Shown piece after piece: positions 30,505 to 44,301 of a stretch of DNA of 64,000 nt. Origin of the DNA: Eledone cirrhosa (lineage: Eukaryota); contig OZ024750.1 in the NCBI GenBank assembly GCA_964016885.1, forward strand, positions 16,244,001-16,308,000, in the 5' to 3' direction. Both the position numbers and the translations under genes were made by a program. Each line of letters starts with the position of its first letter. The first letter of the stretch is position 1. The notes beneath the pieces are model-generated. The model ran no database searches, was not told where the DNA came from, and saw only the letters and a list, made by a program, of their open reading frames with translations.

Positions 30505-31128
30505 CCTAACTGTACCAAGGATTACACACATTTTCCAATATATATATATATATATATATATAGTTTTGCGAGGTTTTTTATATGAAATCGTGTGTCGAAA
30601 CAGATATTGTTATATTTGGGGAGGGTCATATTTGCGTAATATTGCCAGAATTAATAACAGAACACACTCACTGTTTGGTTGGTTTTCGCTTCTCGCTGTC
30701 TTTTATATATATATATCTGCGATCTAACTTACTCGGTCCTCAATGTTGCCATTGACTGACCGGCGGTCAAAAATAATACAGATACAATATAGACAAACAC
30801 ATATATATATAGTTTACATAAATCTTTCGTTGCACATCTGCAACATCGTCAGTGGTGTTATATTCATTGTTCCTCCTGTTGTGTTGTATGTCTACGCCAT
30901 TTTTTTTGTTCAGTCTGTCTATATATTTATTTATTTATTTATTTGCTTGTTTGTTTATCTTATTTTATTTTGTCTTCTTTGCGCATGCGTTTGCGTGTGT
31001 GTATAGTGTTATGTGTGATGTGTGACTAGTGTGTATAGTGTTGTGTCTGCTGGGTGACTAGTGTGTGTTTATGTGCTTGTGTATGTATTTATTTATCTTA
31101 TTTTATTTAATTTAATTTACTTATTTAT

Positions 31129-32779
31129 TTATACTTCTCTTAGGTCAGTGTTGTTTGTTTGGGTGTTGTTGTTGTTCCACTCATTCTTTCTGTTTAGCTT
31201 TGGTCTTCTAATTTCTATTTCACTGGCCTCTCTGATTTGCCTATCTGCTGGGTCATTCCTATGTTTAGATATTATTCTAATTTCTATGTTGTCTATGTTA
31301 CCGTCATGATGTTGTCTAGCATGTTCGTATAGTACTGACCCGTTTTTTCGTCCTTTTAGTTCCCCCCAGTGTTGGTCTATCCTTTCACCTATGCTACGAG
31401 CTGTCTCACCTATGTATGTTGTTGTCGTGTTTCTGCAAGTACCCTCTGTACATCTTATGCTATAGACTACGTTTCTAGTTTTACAGTTTATCCGGGGGGT
31501 TCACCTTACATATGATACATTTCCTATTGGTACAGTGGGTTTTCTTAAAAGGGTAGGTTTTGCTGATCAGGGATTTTATGGTGGTTCCTGGCTTTTCTAC
31601 CACCTTTATTTTTAAGTGGGTCTTTCTCAGGGCCTTTCTACACTGGTTAGCTAATTTCCCTCCAGGGGTGGCGTCCACAAACATGACACTCTGATATCTC
31701 TGGTTGTCGTACCATGATGTGGCCTTCCCTATCTTATGTCTAGCCCTATCTAAGCTATTCCATGATTTGCTCCTGTATAGTGGGCAAATTCCTTTCATGT
31801 CCAGTTCTATGAGGGTCTTATACTTTTCCATGGCTCCTTCGTATACTCTGACTCTGTCTCTTTGGTTGTAGCCAGAGAACTGCATGCGCTTGATGAAGTG
31901 TTGGATGTGTCCTTCCATTTCTGTTGGGTCGCACATGCTGGACACATTCTTCATCACTCGTACCAAATCTGCGATCAGAATATTAAACTTAGCACTACTG
32001 GACATTGCTGAGTTTTTGAGTATCAGGTATTTGGAGGCCATGGGTTTAGCATAGTGTGAGTGGAGAATTTGGGCTCTCTCGTCTATAGTGTTAATCCAGA
32101 GTTCTGTGTCTAATACAGGTAGTCTATTGTTAGGGTGTTTGGAAGGGAAGTCTATAGTTACAGTTATACTCTGGTGTATGGAATTAGCTATCTGCTGGAT
32201 GCTTTCCATCGTGCTACGTTCTAAATCAAACTTGTTAGTGCTCTCTAGTGGGGGTGTTCTTATAACTATATTGATATCGTCTACATAACGAGAGTACATG
32301 ATGAGGTCTATGGAGCTTTCATTAAGGAGATCTTTGAGTCTCCTTTCCCACCATACCATGAAAAGGTTGGCAACATCGCCAGCTATGCTGACGCCGATGG
32401 CTGCTCCCTCATTTTGGGTGTAGATTTTCTCATTGAACTTAAATATGTGGCCCTTTAGGGTAGTTTTGATACTAGCCCCTATTGCATGTGCGACCATTTT
32501 TCTTACCTGATCAGTGTTTTGGGGGGTCCGTATAGCTTTGGTCCACCCAATCCACCTTCCTATGGGAGTCTTTTTAGCCATTGAGGTTATGGTGGGGGGT
32601 CTACCTCTTATAGGTCTACTAGGGCAGAAACATCTAAGGTCATGGCTGTCTAGGTAGTCAGTGTCGTAGGTAAGTCTAAGTAGGAGGCCCAGTTCGTCTG
32701 TGTCGACGTCGCAGAACTCCACCTCACTCTCAATGATCATCTCCACACATCTTTTCACAGCAAAATCAATGAACATTGA
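31129..32779 (-). pseudogene. Mirror copy of the truncated PLE RT/GIY-YIG ORF with the same frameshift
   Basis: Reverse complement of the right arm. The ORF track gives the same 454-aa translation except one residue at the palindrome centre. The G6 run at 31494-31499 mirrors the C6 run. Confidence 0.92.
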
Positions 32780-34416
32780 TTTTGCTGTGAAAAGATGTGT
32801 GGAGATGATCATTGAGAGTGAGGTGGAGTTCTGCGACGTCGACACAGACGAACTGGGCCTCCTACTTAGACTTACCTACGACACTGACTACCTAGACAGC
32901 CATGACCTTAGATGTTTCTGCCCTAGTAGACCTATAAGAGGTAGACCCCCCACCATAACCTCAATGGCTAAAAAGACTCCCATAGGAAGGTGGATTGGGT
33001 GGACCAAAGCTATACGGACCCCCCAAAACACTGATCAGGTAAGAAAAATGGTCGCACATGCAATAGGGGCTAGTATCAAAACTACCCTAAAGGGCCACAT
33101 ATTTAAGTTCAATGAGAAAATCTACACCCAAAATGAGGGAGCAGCCATCGGCGTCAGCATAGCTGGCGATGTTGCCAACCTTTTCATGGTATGGTGGGAA
33201 AGGAGACTTAAAGATCTCCTTAATGAAAGCTCCATAGACCTCATCATGTACTCTCGTTATGTAGACGATATCAATATAGTTATAAGAACACCCCCACTAG
33301 AGAGCACTAACAAGTTTGATTTAGAACGTAGCACGATGGAAAGCATCCAGCAGATAGCTAATTCCATACACCAGAGTATAACTGTAACTATAGACTTCCC
33401 TTCCAAACACCCTAACAATAGACTACCTGTATTAGACACAGAACTCTGGATTAACACTATAGACGAGAGAGCCCAAATTCTCCACTCACACTATGCTAAA
33501 CCCATGGCCTCCAAATACCTGATACTCAAAAACTCAGCAATGTCCAGTAGTGCTAAGTTTAATATTCTGATCGCAGATTTGGTACGAGTGATGAAGAATG
33601 TGTCCAGCATGTGCGACCCAACAGAAATGGAAGGACACATCCAACACTTCATCAAGCGCATGCAGTTCTCTGGCTACAACCAAAGAGACAGAGTCAGAGT
33701 ATACGAAGGAGCCATGGAAAAGTATAAGACCCTCATAGAACTGGACATGAAAGGAATTTGCCCACTATACAGGAGCAAATCATGGAATAGCTTAGATAGG
33801 GCTAGACATAAGATAGGGAAGGCCACATCATGGTACGACAACCAGAGATATCAGAGTGTCATGTTTGTGGACGCCACCCCTGGAGGGAAATTAGCTAACC
33901 AGTGTAGAAAGGCCCTGAGAAAGACCCACTTAAAAATAAAGGTGGTAGAAAAGCCAGGAACCACCATAAAATCCCTGATCAGCAAAACCTACCCTTTTAA
34001 GAAAACCCACTGTACCAATAGGAAATGTATCATATGTAAGGTGAACCCCCCGGATAAACTGTAAAACTAGAAACGTAGTCTATAGCATAAGATGTACAGA
34101 GGGTACTTGCAGAAACACGACAACAACATACATAGGTGAGACAGCTCGTAGCATAGGTGAAAGGATAGACCAACACTGGGGGGAACTAAAAGGACGAAAA
34201 AACGGGTCAGTACTATACGAACATGCTAGACAACATCATGACGGTAACATAGACAACATAGAAATTAGAATAATATCTAAACATAGGAATGACCCAGCAG
34301 ATAGGCAAATCAGAGAGGCCAGTGAAATAGAAATTAGAAGACCAAAGCTAAACAGAAAGAATGAGTGGAACAACAACAACACCCAAACAAACAACACTGA
34401 CCTAAGAGAAGTATAA
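32766..34416 (+). pseudogene. 5'-truncated PLE ORF: reverse transcriptase, CxxxxCxxC knuckle and GIY-YIG endonuclease, with a +1 frameshift in the C-run at 34046-34051
   Basis: RT motifs YTQNEGAAIG and YSRYVDD; HCTNRKCIIC. After removing one C the frame continues INCKTRNVVYSIRC...YIGETARSIGERIDQH...RQIREASEI...LNRKNEW to TAA at 34414-34416. The start lies just after RT motif A, which is missing. Confidence 0.92.
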
Positions 34417-34685
34417 ATAAATAAGTAAATTAAATTAAATAAAATAAGATAAATAAATACATACACAAGCACATAAACACACACTAGTCACCCAGCAGAC
34501 ACAACACTATACACACTAGTCACACATCACACATAACACTATACACACACGCAAACGCATGCGCAAAGAAGACAAAATAAAATAAGATAAACAAACAAGC
34601 AAATAAATAAATAAATAAATATATAGACAGACTGAACAAAAAAAATGGCGTAGACATACAACACAACAGGAGGAACAATGAATAT

Positions 34686-34749
34686 AACACCACTGACGAT
34701 GTTGCAGATGTGCAACGAAAGATTTATGTAAACTATATATATATGTGTT
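34686..34749 (+). ncRNA. Hammerhead-like motif in the PLE 3' UTR (family C); further copies near 30796-30859 (-), 29582-29644 (+) and 29463-29525 (-)
   Basis: CTGACGA-t-gttgca-gatg-tgcaac-GAAA core with a perfect stem II. Stems I and III are imperfect, with a TA run after the cleavage site. Confidence 0.6.
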
Positions 34750-35342
34750 TGTCTATATTGTATCTGTATTATTTTTGACCGCCGGTCAGTCAATGGCAAC
34801 ATTGAGGACCGAGTAAGTTAGATCGCAGATATATATATATAAAAGACAGCGAGAAGCGAAAACCAACCAAACAGTGAGTGTGTTCTGTTATTAATTCTGG
34901 CAATATTACGCAAATATGACCCTCCCCAAATATAACAATATATATATATATATATATATATATGAGGAAAAGAAATCGAAAATGCAACTGGAGTCATTTT
35001 TAAGAATATTTATTTCCTTTGCCTGTTTCACAGTTCTTATGCTTTTCAAAAGTAGAATTGAGATGGAGGGTTTGTGGTTTGTCTCGCGTCGTGTAGGACA
35101 TCTGTTTTTTTTAAATTAAAAAAAAACCCCTCATTTTCTTATGTTTTTTTTTGAAGTGCGGTGTGATGTCTATTATATGATATATTCAAAAAACTTCCCG
35201 TGGGTCATTTGAATTTTGAAAATGTCACTGCGTGTGGGAGTTCTTTGTTTCTTTTTGCATGTGTGTGCGCATGAGTGTGTGTGTGTGTGCTTGTCTGTAT
35301 GTGAGTTTTTCTATTGTTTCTATGTATGTAAGTGTGATCAAT

Positions 35343-35418
<76 letters not shown>

Positions 35419-35421
35419 TGC

Positions 35422-35473
<52 letters not shown>

Positions 35474-35741
35474 TGTCACGTGTGTATTTGTGACGTTCTG
35501 TATTGTATGTGGTGGAATTATATTGTGTAGATGTGTGTGAGGTTAAGTGTGTGTATCTTTATGTATTGGTATCTTTGTGTGAGAGTATATGGTGTGTGCA
35601 TCCAAATATCCACGTGTAGTCTGGTGCCCAAGAGAGATTAAATGTTTAGCCAGTGGTCAGAGGGGACGTGGTCTGGAGGGGGAGATAGAGGTGGTTGGTG
35701 ATTGCAGAACGGAAGTTGTTTGGGAGGGAGCTATGGTGGCG

Positions 35742-35776
<35 letters not shown>

Positions 35777-35845
35777 GTGTGTGTGACTCTGTGTGGTGTG
35801 TGTGTGTGTGAGTGTGTGTGTGTGGTTGTCTGTGTGTGTTGTGTG

Positions 35846-35874
35846 TATTACACAAATATGACCTCCCCAAGTAT

Positions 35875-35879
<5 letters not shown>
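35846..35879 (+). mobile_element. 34-bp family C PLE 3' fragment ending at the internal (tail-less) end point
   Basis: tattacacaaatatgacctccccaagtataacaa matches 34904-34938 and is followed by (TA)n. Confidence 0.75.
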
Positions 35880-35926
<47 letters not shown>

Positions 35927-36089
35927 TGTGTATGTATATATATATATATACATATACACACAGATATATATGTATATATATACATATATATATGTGTGTA
36001 TATGTATATATATATATGTATATATATATATATACATATATATATGTTATATATATATATATGTAATATATATATATATATGTATATCT

Positions 36090-36147
<58 letters not shown>

Positions 36148-36359
36148 ATATATATATATATATGCATATAGATTTATATAAACGAATATACTATATATAT
36201 ATAATATAATATATATATGTATATATATATATATACATACACATATATATATTTATATATAGTATATATATCTATATATTTTATATATATATATTATAAT
36301 ATATATAGATATATGTATATATACATATAAATATATACAAATATATATATATATATATT

Positions 36360-36479
<120 letters not shown>

Positions 36480-36755
36480 ATAAGAATATATTCATAAATA
36501 TATCCATCTATCTATGTATATAAGGTAAGATTAAAGGAATGACTTACATGTATTTTCCTTATACAATACATACGACTAAGGTACTTTCTCATCGACGAAG
36601 TCAATAGATTACATTAAAAAGGAACACATAATACATCGATGACACGTGATATTAGGTTATATGCTTCGGTAATTATATATTGTCCACTCGATCTCGTGTG
36701 GGTTAGGGTAGTGAAGTAGATATAGGCATTATATTATATTATAGAATAATATATA

Positions 36756-36841
<86 letters not shown>

Positions 36842-36842
36842 G

Positions 36843-36924
<82 letters not shown>

Positions 36925-37030
36925 ATATGTATATATGTATATATATATGTATATATGTATATATGTATATATATATATGTGTGTATGTATATGTATATGT
37001 AATATATATATATATATATTTGTGTCTGTT

Positions 37031-37078
<48 letters not shown>

Positions 37079-37096
37079 CGTGTGTGTATGTATATG

Positions 37097-37127
<31 letters not shown>

Positions 37128-37135
37128 ATGTATAA

Positions 37136-37180
<45 letters not shown>

Positions 37181-37312
37181 ATGTATATGTATATGTATAT
37201 GTATATATATATATATATGTGTGTATGTATATGTATATATCTATATATATGTAATATATATATATATGTTATATATATATATATATATGTTATATATATA
37301 TATATATATATG

Positions 37313-37630
<318 letters not shown>

Positions 37631-37696
37631 ATATATGCATATATATACATATATATATATATATACATATATATACATGTATATATATATATATAT

Positions 37697-37792
<96 letters not shown>

Positions 37793-37814
37793 GTATATAT
37801 ATATACATGTATAT

Positions 37815-37914
<100 letters not shown>

Positions 37915-37996
37915 ATATATATATCTGTATATATACATCTGTATATATATATACATATATATATATATACATGTATATAAATATATATATATATAT

Positions 37997-38140
37997 AACA
38001 AAGGAATTGTGGTAAGGAACCAGATGGACCATAACACACCAAAGTACTCAATACTTAGCGTAGTAGAGTGGGAAATAGGAAAAAAGTATGACCCCGACGG
38101 CAGAGCTCAAGCCGTTTCGACGGCTATTTCTGGACTAAGT
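37997..38140 (-). mobile_element. Family B insert joined almost directly to a family D fragment
   Basis: Homologous to 14595-14729; family D sequence begins at about 38147. Confidence 0.82.
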
Positions 38141-38146
38141 TAGAAT

Positions 38147-38287
38147 TTAAGGGTGAAAGCAGCGATTCATTGCTTAAACTTTAATCTGGTATTTTAATAA
38201 ATATTTGCTCTACGGTTCTTATATATTTGATATATATTTATCCTTTTCGAGCCCTCTTTGGATTTTAGTCTTCAAATTTATTATTAT

Positions 38288-38345
<58 letters not shown>

Positions 38346-38631
38346 TTATATATATATATAGTAATAATAATAAATTTGAAGACTAAAATCCAAAGAGGGC
38401 TCGAAAAGGATAAATATATATCAAATATATAAGAACCGTAGAGCAAATATTTATTAAAATACCAGATTAAAGTTTAAGCAAAGAATCGCTGCTTTCACCC
38501 TTAACGGGATCTTCTGAAACTAACAAAGTCAATCTGTAAACGCAGAACTGGATATTTCAAAAAACGTTGCAACCGGAGGAAGACAGGAAGACGATACTTT
38601 GGTTCGTGGGAACGTTTGCTATATACATTTA

Positions 38632-38678
<47 letters not shown>

Positions 38679-38868
38679 GCAAACGTTCCCACGAACCAAA
38701 GTATCGTCTTCCTGTCTTCCTCCGGTTGCAACGTTTTTTGAAATATCCAGTTATTTATTATATCTGGTATTTTAATAAATATTTGCTCTACGGTTTCTTA
38801 TATATTTGATATATATTTATCCTTTTCGAGCCTCTTTGGATTTTAGTCTTCAAATTTATTATTATTAC
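38147..38868. mobile_element. Cluster of three alternating family D inserts (38147-38290 +, 38361-38622 -, 38676-38868 +) separated by (TA)n
   Basis: Mutual inverted repeats, all ending tcaaatttattattattac(TA)n. Confidence 0.85.
38471..38521 (-). ncRNA. Variant hammerhead-like motif (family D, CAGAAGA core); second copy 59938-59988 (-)
   Basis: agttt-CAGAAGA-t-ccc-gttaa-ggg-t-GAAA-gca..tgc-TT-aaact. Confidence 0.6.
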
Positions 38869-38877
38869 TATATATAT

Positions 38878-38958
<81 letters not shown>

Positions 38959-38959
<1 letters not shown>

Positions 38960-39838
38960 GTAGTGGGCAGACCAATTTGCATAGAGCGTGAGTACGTACC
39001 GGTTCAGCGGAGACGATAAAAACAAATAACGAAACGAAATTAAATTTCGTTTCGTTTGTAACTCACTTTTGTATGACTGACGCTTAAACAATTAAGTTAA
39101 AAATGTACATCCACATATGTATACTGAAATACTAGTATGCATATGAATACACACACGTGTACATATGTAGATGTACCGAGTTTTTCACTGGACACTTTAC
39201 TGTGAGTGTCCTGCTATTCTGTATATGTACACGTGTGTGTATTCATATGCATACTAGTATTTCAGTATACATATGTGGATGTACATTTTTAACTTAATTG
39301 TTTAAGCGTCAGTCATACAAAAGTGAGTTACAAACGAAACGAAATTTAATTTCGTTTCGTTATTTGTTTTTATCGTCTCCGCTGAACCGGTACGTACTCA
39401 CGCTCTATGCAAATTGGTCTGCCCACTACTAATTTTCATAGAAAAAGCATATAACGATATGTGCTTTTACGATTCTCTAGAAAGGCCGGAAGATAGGTAA
39501 ATATTGCTGATGAGATGTAACAACATCGAAACTAGTCCAATATTCCTTGTCTGGCTTTCTGGAGAATAGAGGAAAGGTGTTTCCTCGAAAACCAGTATGA
39601 CTCTAAAAACCGGTTTGTCTGTGTGTTAACATACAGAATAGCTGGACACTCACAGTAAAGTGTCCAGTGAAAAACTCGGTACATCTACATATGTACACGT
39701 GTGTGTATTCATATGCATACTAGTATTTCAGTATACATATGTGGATGTACATTTTTAACTTAATTGTTTAAGCGTCAGTCATACAAAAGTGAGTTACAAA
39801 CGAAACGAAATTTAATTTCGTTTCGTTATTTGTTTTTA
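38959..39838. mobile_element. Retrozyme-like element, family E: 1.3 tandem units of 466 bp (39223-39838) plus an inverted arm (38959-39222)
   Basis: atatgtacacgtg... recurs at 39223 and 39689; the inverted arm crosses the unit junction; one canonical HHR per unit; no ORF; (TA)n flanks. Confidence 0.85.
39500..39544 (+). ncRNA. Canonical minimal type I hammerhead ribozyme (family E)
   Basis: aatattg-CTGATGA-gatgt-aaca-acatc-GAAA-ctag-TC-caatatt; predicted cleavage after GUC at 39537. Confidence 0.93.
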
Positions 39839-39867
39839 TATATATATATATATATACACATATATAT

Positions 39868-40437
39868 GGAAAAAATGAAACGAAATTTCATTTCTCACTG
39901 TTAGTACGGCAAACAAACCGAGCATTATATTAAATGTACGGTAAATCCATACGTACTTATATAAGTGCATGTCTGTATACGTATATGTTTGTACGTATAC
40001 ATACTTATATTTAAGTAACAGCCGTACAAAGAGTGAGAAATGAAATTTCGTTTCATTTTTTCCATTTATCATTTTCGGTGCGCCCGGCCGATTAACTCAC
40101 TCGATATGCAAATTAGGCTGCCCAGCCGTTAATATGCATAAGGAAAGTATATACTTTCAGACGTTCAATCATCTGGCAGGAAGGTATAAGGTGCTGACGA
40201 TAGTTAATAAGCTTGAAACTAATATATCGTTCCTTTATCAGTGTTGAACAAAAGGGCAACGATGGTTGCTAAACACTGTACGGCTTAATTCGGGATGTTT
40301 GTTCACAAACAAACCGAACATTATAATAAATGTTCGGTAAATCTATACGTACATATATATATGTGTGTATGTATATATATATACATACTACTGTACGTCT
40401 GTATACATATATGTATGTATGTATACATACTTATATA
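39868..40437 (+). mobile_element. Retrozyme-like element, family E' (unit about 396 bp, 1.3 copies, short inverted 5' arm), with a degenerate HHR at about 40190-40230
   Basis: aaacaaaccga... recurs at 39911 and 40307; ggtg-CTGACGA-tagttaataagctt-GAAA-ctaa-TA-tatc. Confidence 0.8.
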
Positions 40438-40480
40438 TACATATATATATATTTGAAAATGGAAGTAAGGTTCTATACAA

Positions 40481-40545
<65 letters not shown>

Positions 40546-40642
40546 CATACACATGTATACACATACACACATATATATATTTGTGAAAACGTCAGAGTGT
40601 GTTTTTCAGAGCGTTCGTGTCCCTCTGTGAACTAAAGTATAT

Positions 40643-40866
<224 letters not shown>

Positions 40867-40868
40867 CG

Positions 40869-40903
<35 letters not shown>

Positions 40904-40904
40904 A

Positions 40905-40983
<79 letters not shown>

Positions 40984-40990
40984 TATATAC

Positions 40991-41084
<94 letters not shown>

Positions 41085-41370
41085 ATCTGTGTCAATGTGT
41101 GGGAATATGTGTTTACGTGGATGTCACTATGTCACTGTGTTTTGTGTGGGGATATGTCTCTGTGTGTGTATGTTTGTGTGTGTGTATATGTTTGTGTTTG
41201 TGTTTGTGTATGTGCCATTATATGTATGTGTGTACGGCTTGGATCACCCCCGCTCTCCATTGGTTGCTTTGTCTATTGACGTCATAGCACGTAAACATGT
41301 CTGGCCAGATTATCAGTGACATGATCGCTATTATGGTGATTGTTTTTCTTATGAATACATTATATATCTA

Positions 41371-41416
<46 letters not shown>

Positions 41417-41544
41417 AAGTTATATTTAAATTGTTGGGTTAACAACGAGTAAATATTTATAACTGATATAAAAGCACTCAACAAGTATTTGGAGTATATT
41501 TATGATATTAAATAAATGGAAACTATATTTATAAAACCATATTT

Positions 41545-41608
41545 ATTTCGTTATATATATTTCAGGGATATCATATTAACAATATGTTATGCCATCTTCA
41601 GACAAAAT
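41545..41608 (-). ncRNA. Type I hammerhead (family F, insert about 41413-41660)
   Basis: attttgt-CTGAAGA-[stem II]-GAAA-tatata-TA-acgaaat, followed by a tail containing tactcc...ttgagtgc. Confidence 0.82.
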
Positions 41609-41697
41609 ACAATATAAACAGTCTTATAAATAAATAGATACGACATACCTTTCAATCACCTTGCATTTGGGAGGTTGATTTGGCAGTATATATATAT

Positions 41698-41758
41698 AAC
41701 GAAGGAAATGTGGTAAGGAACCAGGTGGACCATAACGCACCAAAGTACTCGATACTTT
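41698..41758 (-). mobile_element. Family B tail fragment
   Basis: aacgaaggaaatgtggtaaggaaccaggtggaccataacgcaccaaagtactc in (TA)n. Confidence 0.8.
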
Positions 41759-41785
41759 GGTTCCTTTATATATATATATATATAT

Positions 41786-41855
<70 letters not shown>

Positions 41856-41878
41856 CTATATATCTATATATATCTATA

Positions 41879-41988
<110 letters not shown>

Positions 41989-42051
41989 TATAGAGATATA
42001 TGGATATATATAGATATATATAGATAGGTAGATAGATAGATAGATAGATAT

Positions 42052-42428
42052 ATTTCTTTATTAGCCACAGGGGCACAAAAGAAGGGGACAAAGGGGGAAG
42101 TTTACATACAATAAAAACGTGTAAAATGTTATCACAGATGGAATTTAAAAGTTAGTCGATTTTCCCCAATAGAGGGAGACAGTTTATATGGGTAACACAT
42201 ACCCCCGAAAAAAAATCTGCAACCCTCATCTCCAGGAGTACGAAGAGCTTGTACTCCTTTCCTCTCCTCCTCTTTTTCCTCAACCTACAGGCTGATATAG
42301 AGAGAAGGCCCATTCACTCGGGCCATTCTCGCCACTTTCACCCACCTTTCATAAAATTTGCTGGGGTACAGCACCTCTCTCTCCATCCTGATTCTTCTTC
42401 CAAAGTGGTATTTGAAAAAAAGAATCTA
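42052..42428 (-). mobile_element. Tx1/L1-clade LINE 3' end inserted in (GATA)n
   Basis: [44 protein letters not shown], a 3' UTR with aataaa, and (TAGA)n on both sides. Confidence 0.65.
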
Positions 42429-42489
42429 AAAGATAGATAGATAAATAGATAGATATTGGCTTTTTGCTCACATTAATTTCTATATTTTC

Positions 42490-42692
<203 letters not shown>

Positions 42693-42858
42693 TATATATA
42701 TATATAATATATATATATATTATATATTATATATTATATATATATATATATTATATGTTATATATATATATATATATTATATTATATATATATATATATA
42801 TATTATATTATATATATATATATATAATATAATATATATATATATATATATATATTAT

Positions 42859-42907
42859 GATTCCTGATGATTTCTAAAAAATGAAACAGTTCTAGTCCTG
42901 TAGAATC
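42859..42907 (+). ncRNA. Type I hammerhead in the (TA)n-flanked insert 42857-42988
   Basis: gattc-CTGATGA-tttctaaaaaat-GAAA-cag..ctg-TA-gaatc; weak stem II. Confidence 0.75.
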
Positions 42908-43003
42908 TCATCTATATTAAAACTTTTATACTCTGCAATGTATTGAGTACCTTACTGTGGTTACCTCCGATTCAACCCGGAATAACGTATATTATATTAT
43001 ATA

Positions 43004-43054
<51 letters not shown>

Positions 43055-43138
43055 GGGGAGAGAGAGGTAGATTATATATATATATGCGGTGCCCCTGCAT
43101 GGCCTCAGCCGGATGGCTGGAACAGGTAAAAGAGTAAA

Positions 43139-43196
<58 letters not shown>

Positions 43197-43219
43197 CATA
43201 TATATATATATATATACAC

Positions 43220-43315
<96 letters not shown>

Positions 43316-43334
43316 CATATATATATATATACAC

Positions 43335-43373
<39 letters not shown>

Positions 43374-43375
<2 letters not shown>

Positions 43376-43527
43376 CGAGGGAAAAGTGGTAAGGAACCAG
43401 GTGGACCATAACGCACCAAAGTACTCAATACTTAGGGTAGTAGAGTGGGTAATAGGAATAAGTAAGACCCCAGAATTAGCCTTCGAAACGGCTTGAGCTC
43501 AGCCGTCGGGGTCTTACTTACTCCTAT
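43374..43527. mobile_element. Family B insert with 5' inversion; the tail arm stops at the predicted ribozyme cleavage site
   Basis: Antisense arm ends gacccc (43466-43471); the sense arm then runs agaattagcc...ggggtcttacttactcctat. Confidence 0.85.
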
Positions 43528-43537
43528 ATATATATCA

Positions 43538-43587
<50 letters not shown>

Positions 43588-44108
43588 TATATTATATTAC
43601 GTATAAATCGAAATTGTAGCCGCCATAAAGGAGGTACAAATCGATCTGTTTGAGGCAACCGCAAAGCACTCAATGGAGCGATATGCGAATACATACCGTC
43701 CAGAGTAATCAACAGTTAAAAAGTTTTATTTAATAAATTATTAACATAGCGGCTTTGTGTTATTGTGGTTAATATATTTCATTTTCTATGAGATCAGGGA
43801 AATCACTTACACACATCATCATCATAATAATTGTTTCTACTTTTGGCACAAGGCCAGCAATTATAACCAGTGTATTACTGGTACTTTATTTTATCGACCC
43901 CGTAAGGATGAAAGGCAAAGTTAACCTAGGCGGGATTTGAACTCAGATCATAATGGGAGGTAACTCTATGTTTCAAAGCATGGCGTCCAATTTTCTACCG
44001 ATACTGCCAATCCACCGGTCTAACTCTGTTACTAACTTTCTTGCCCAACCGCAATCTCTGGTTACACTGTATCGGGCACATCAATCTTCCCTTGCCTACA
44101 GTCTACAC

Positions 44109-44301
44109 TATCGGGCGCCAACCGATTGTCCGCGAGCCACTAGTGGTCAAAGAGAAAATTTTGGTAGTCTGCAGAAAATTTTTAATGTATTTATCCTCTA
44201 AGAAAAATTCATATTAGTGGTCCGCGGGATTTAAAATGAATTTAGTGGTCCGAATTTATGAATTTAGTGGTCCGCGAGAGCCGAAGGTTTGGCGACTGCT
44301 G
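44109..44301. mobile_element. Related hAT-type MITE
   Basis: TSD gtctacac / ctctacac; degenerate TIRs; internal tagtggtcc repeats. Confidence 0.7.

Larger units (their letters stand above)
30561..34940. mobile_element. Penelope-like retroelement (probably Naiad-type) inserted as a 4.3-kb palindrome in (TA)n; the left arm carries an extra 44-nt 3' tail
   Basis: 30605-32771 is the reverse complement of 32774-34940, with a 2-nt 'AA' centre (tcaatg-aa-cattga). One mismatch was seen (32336/33209). 30561-30604 is present on the left arm only. (TA)n on both flanks. Encodes RT and GIY-YIG. Confidence 0.95.

Noticed and set aside
32700-32765. N-terminus 'MSTSQNSTSL...' of the two 454-aa ORFs, and the idea of a divergent gene pair
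   Set aside because: It is the antisense of the opposite arm read through the palindrome; the RT is 5'-truncated.
32766-34416. Selenocysteine recoding, as reported for some Naiad PLEs
   Set aside because: No in-frame TGA in the retained RT or endonuclease frames.
30605-34940. Palindrome as a pure assembly fold-back artefact
   Set aside because: The flanks differ, the arms differ by a SNP, and the same asymmetric ends recur at 29281-29891. Not formally excluded without reads.
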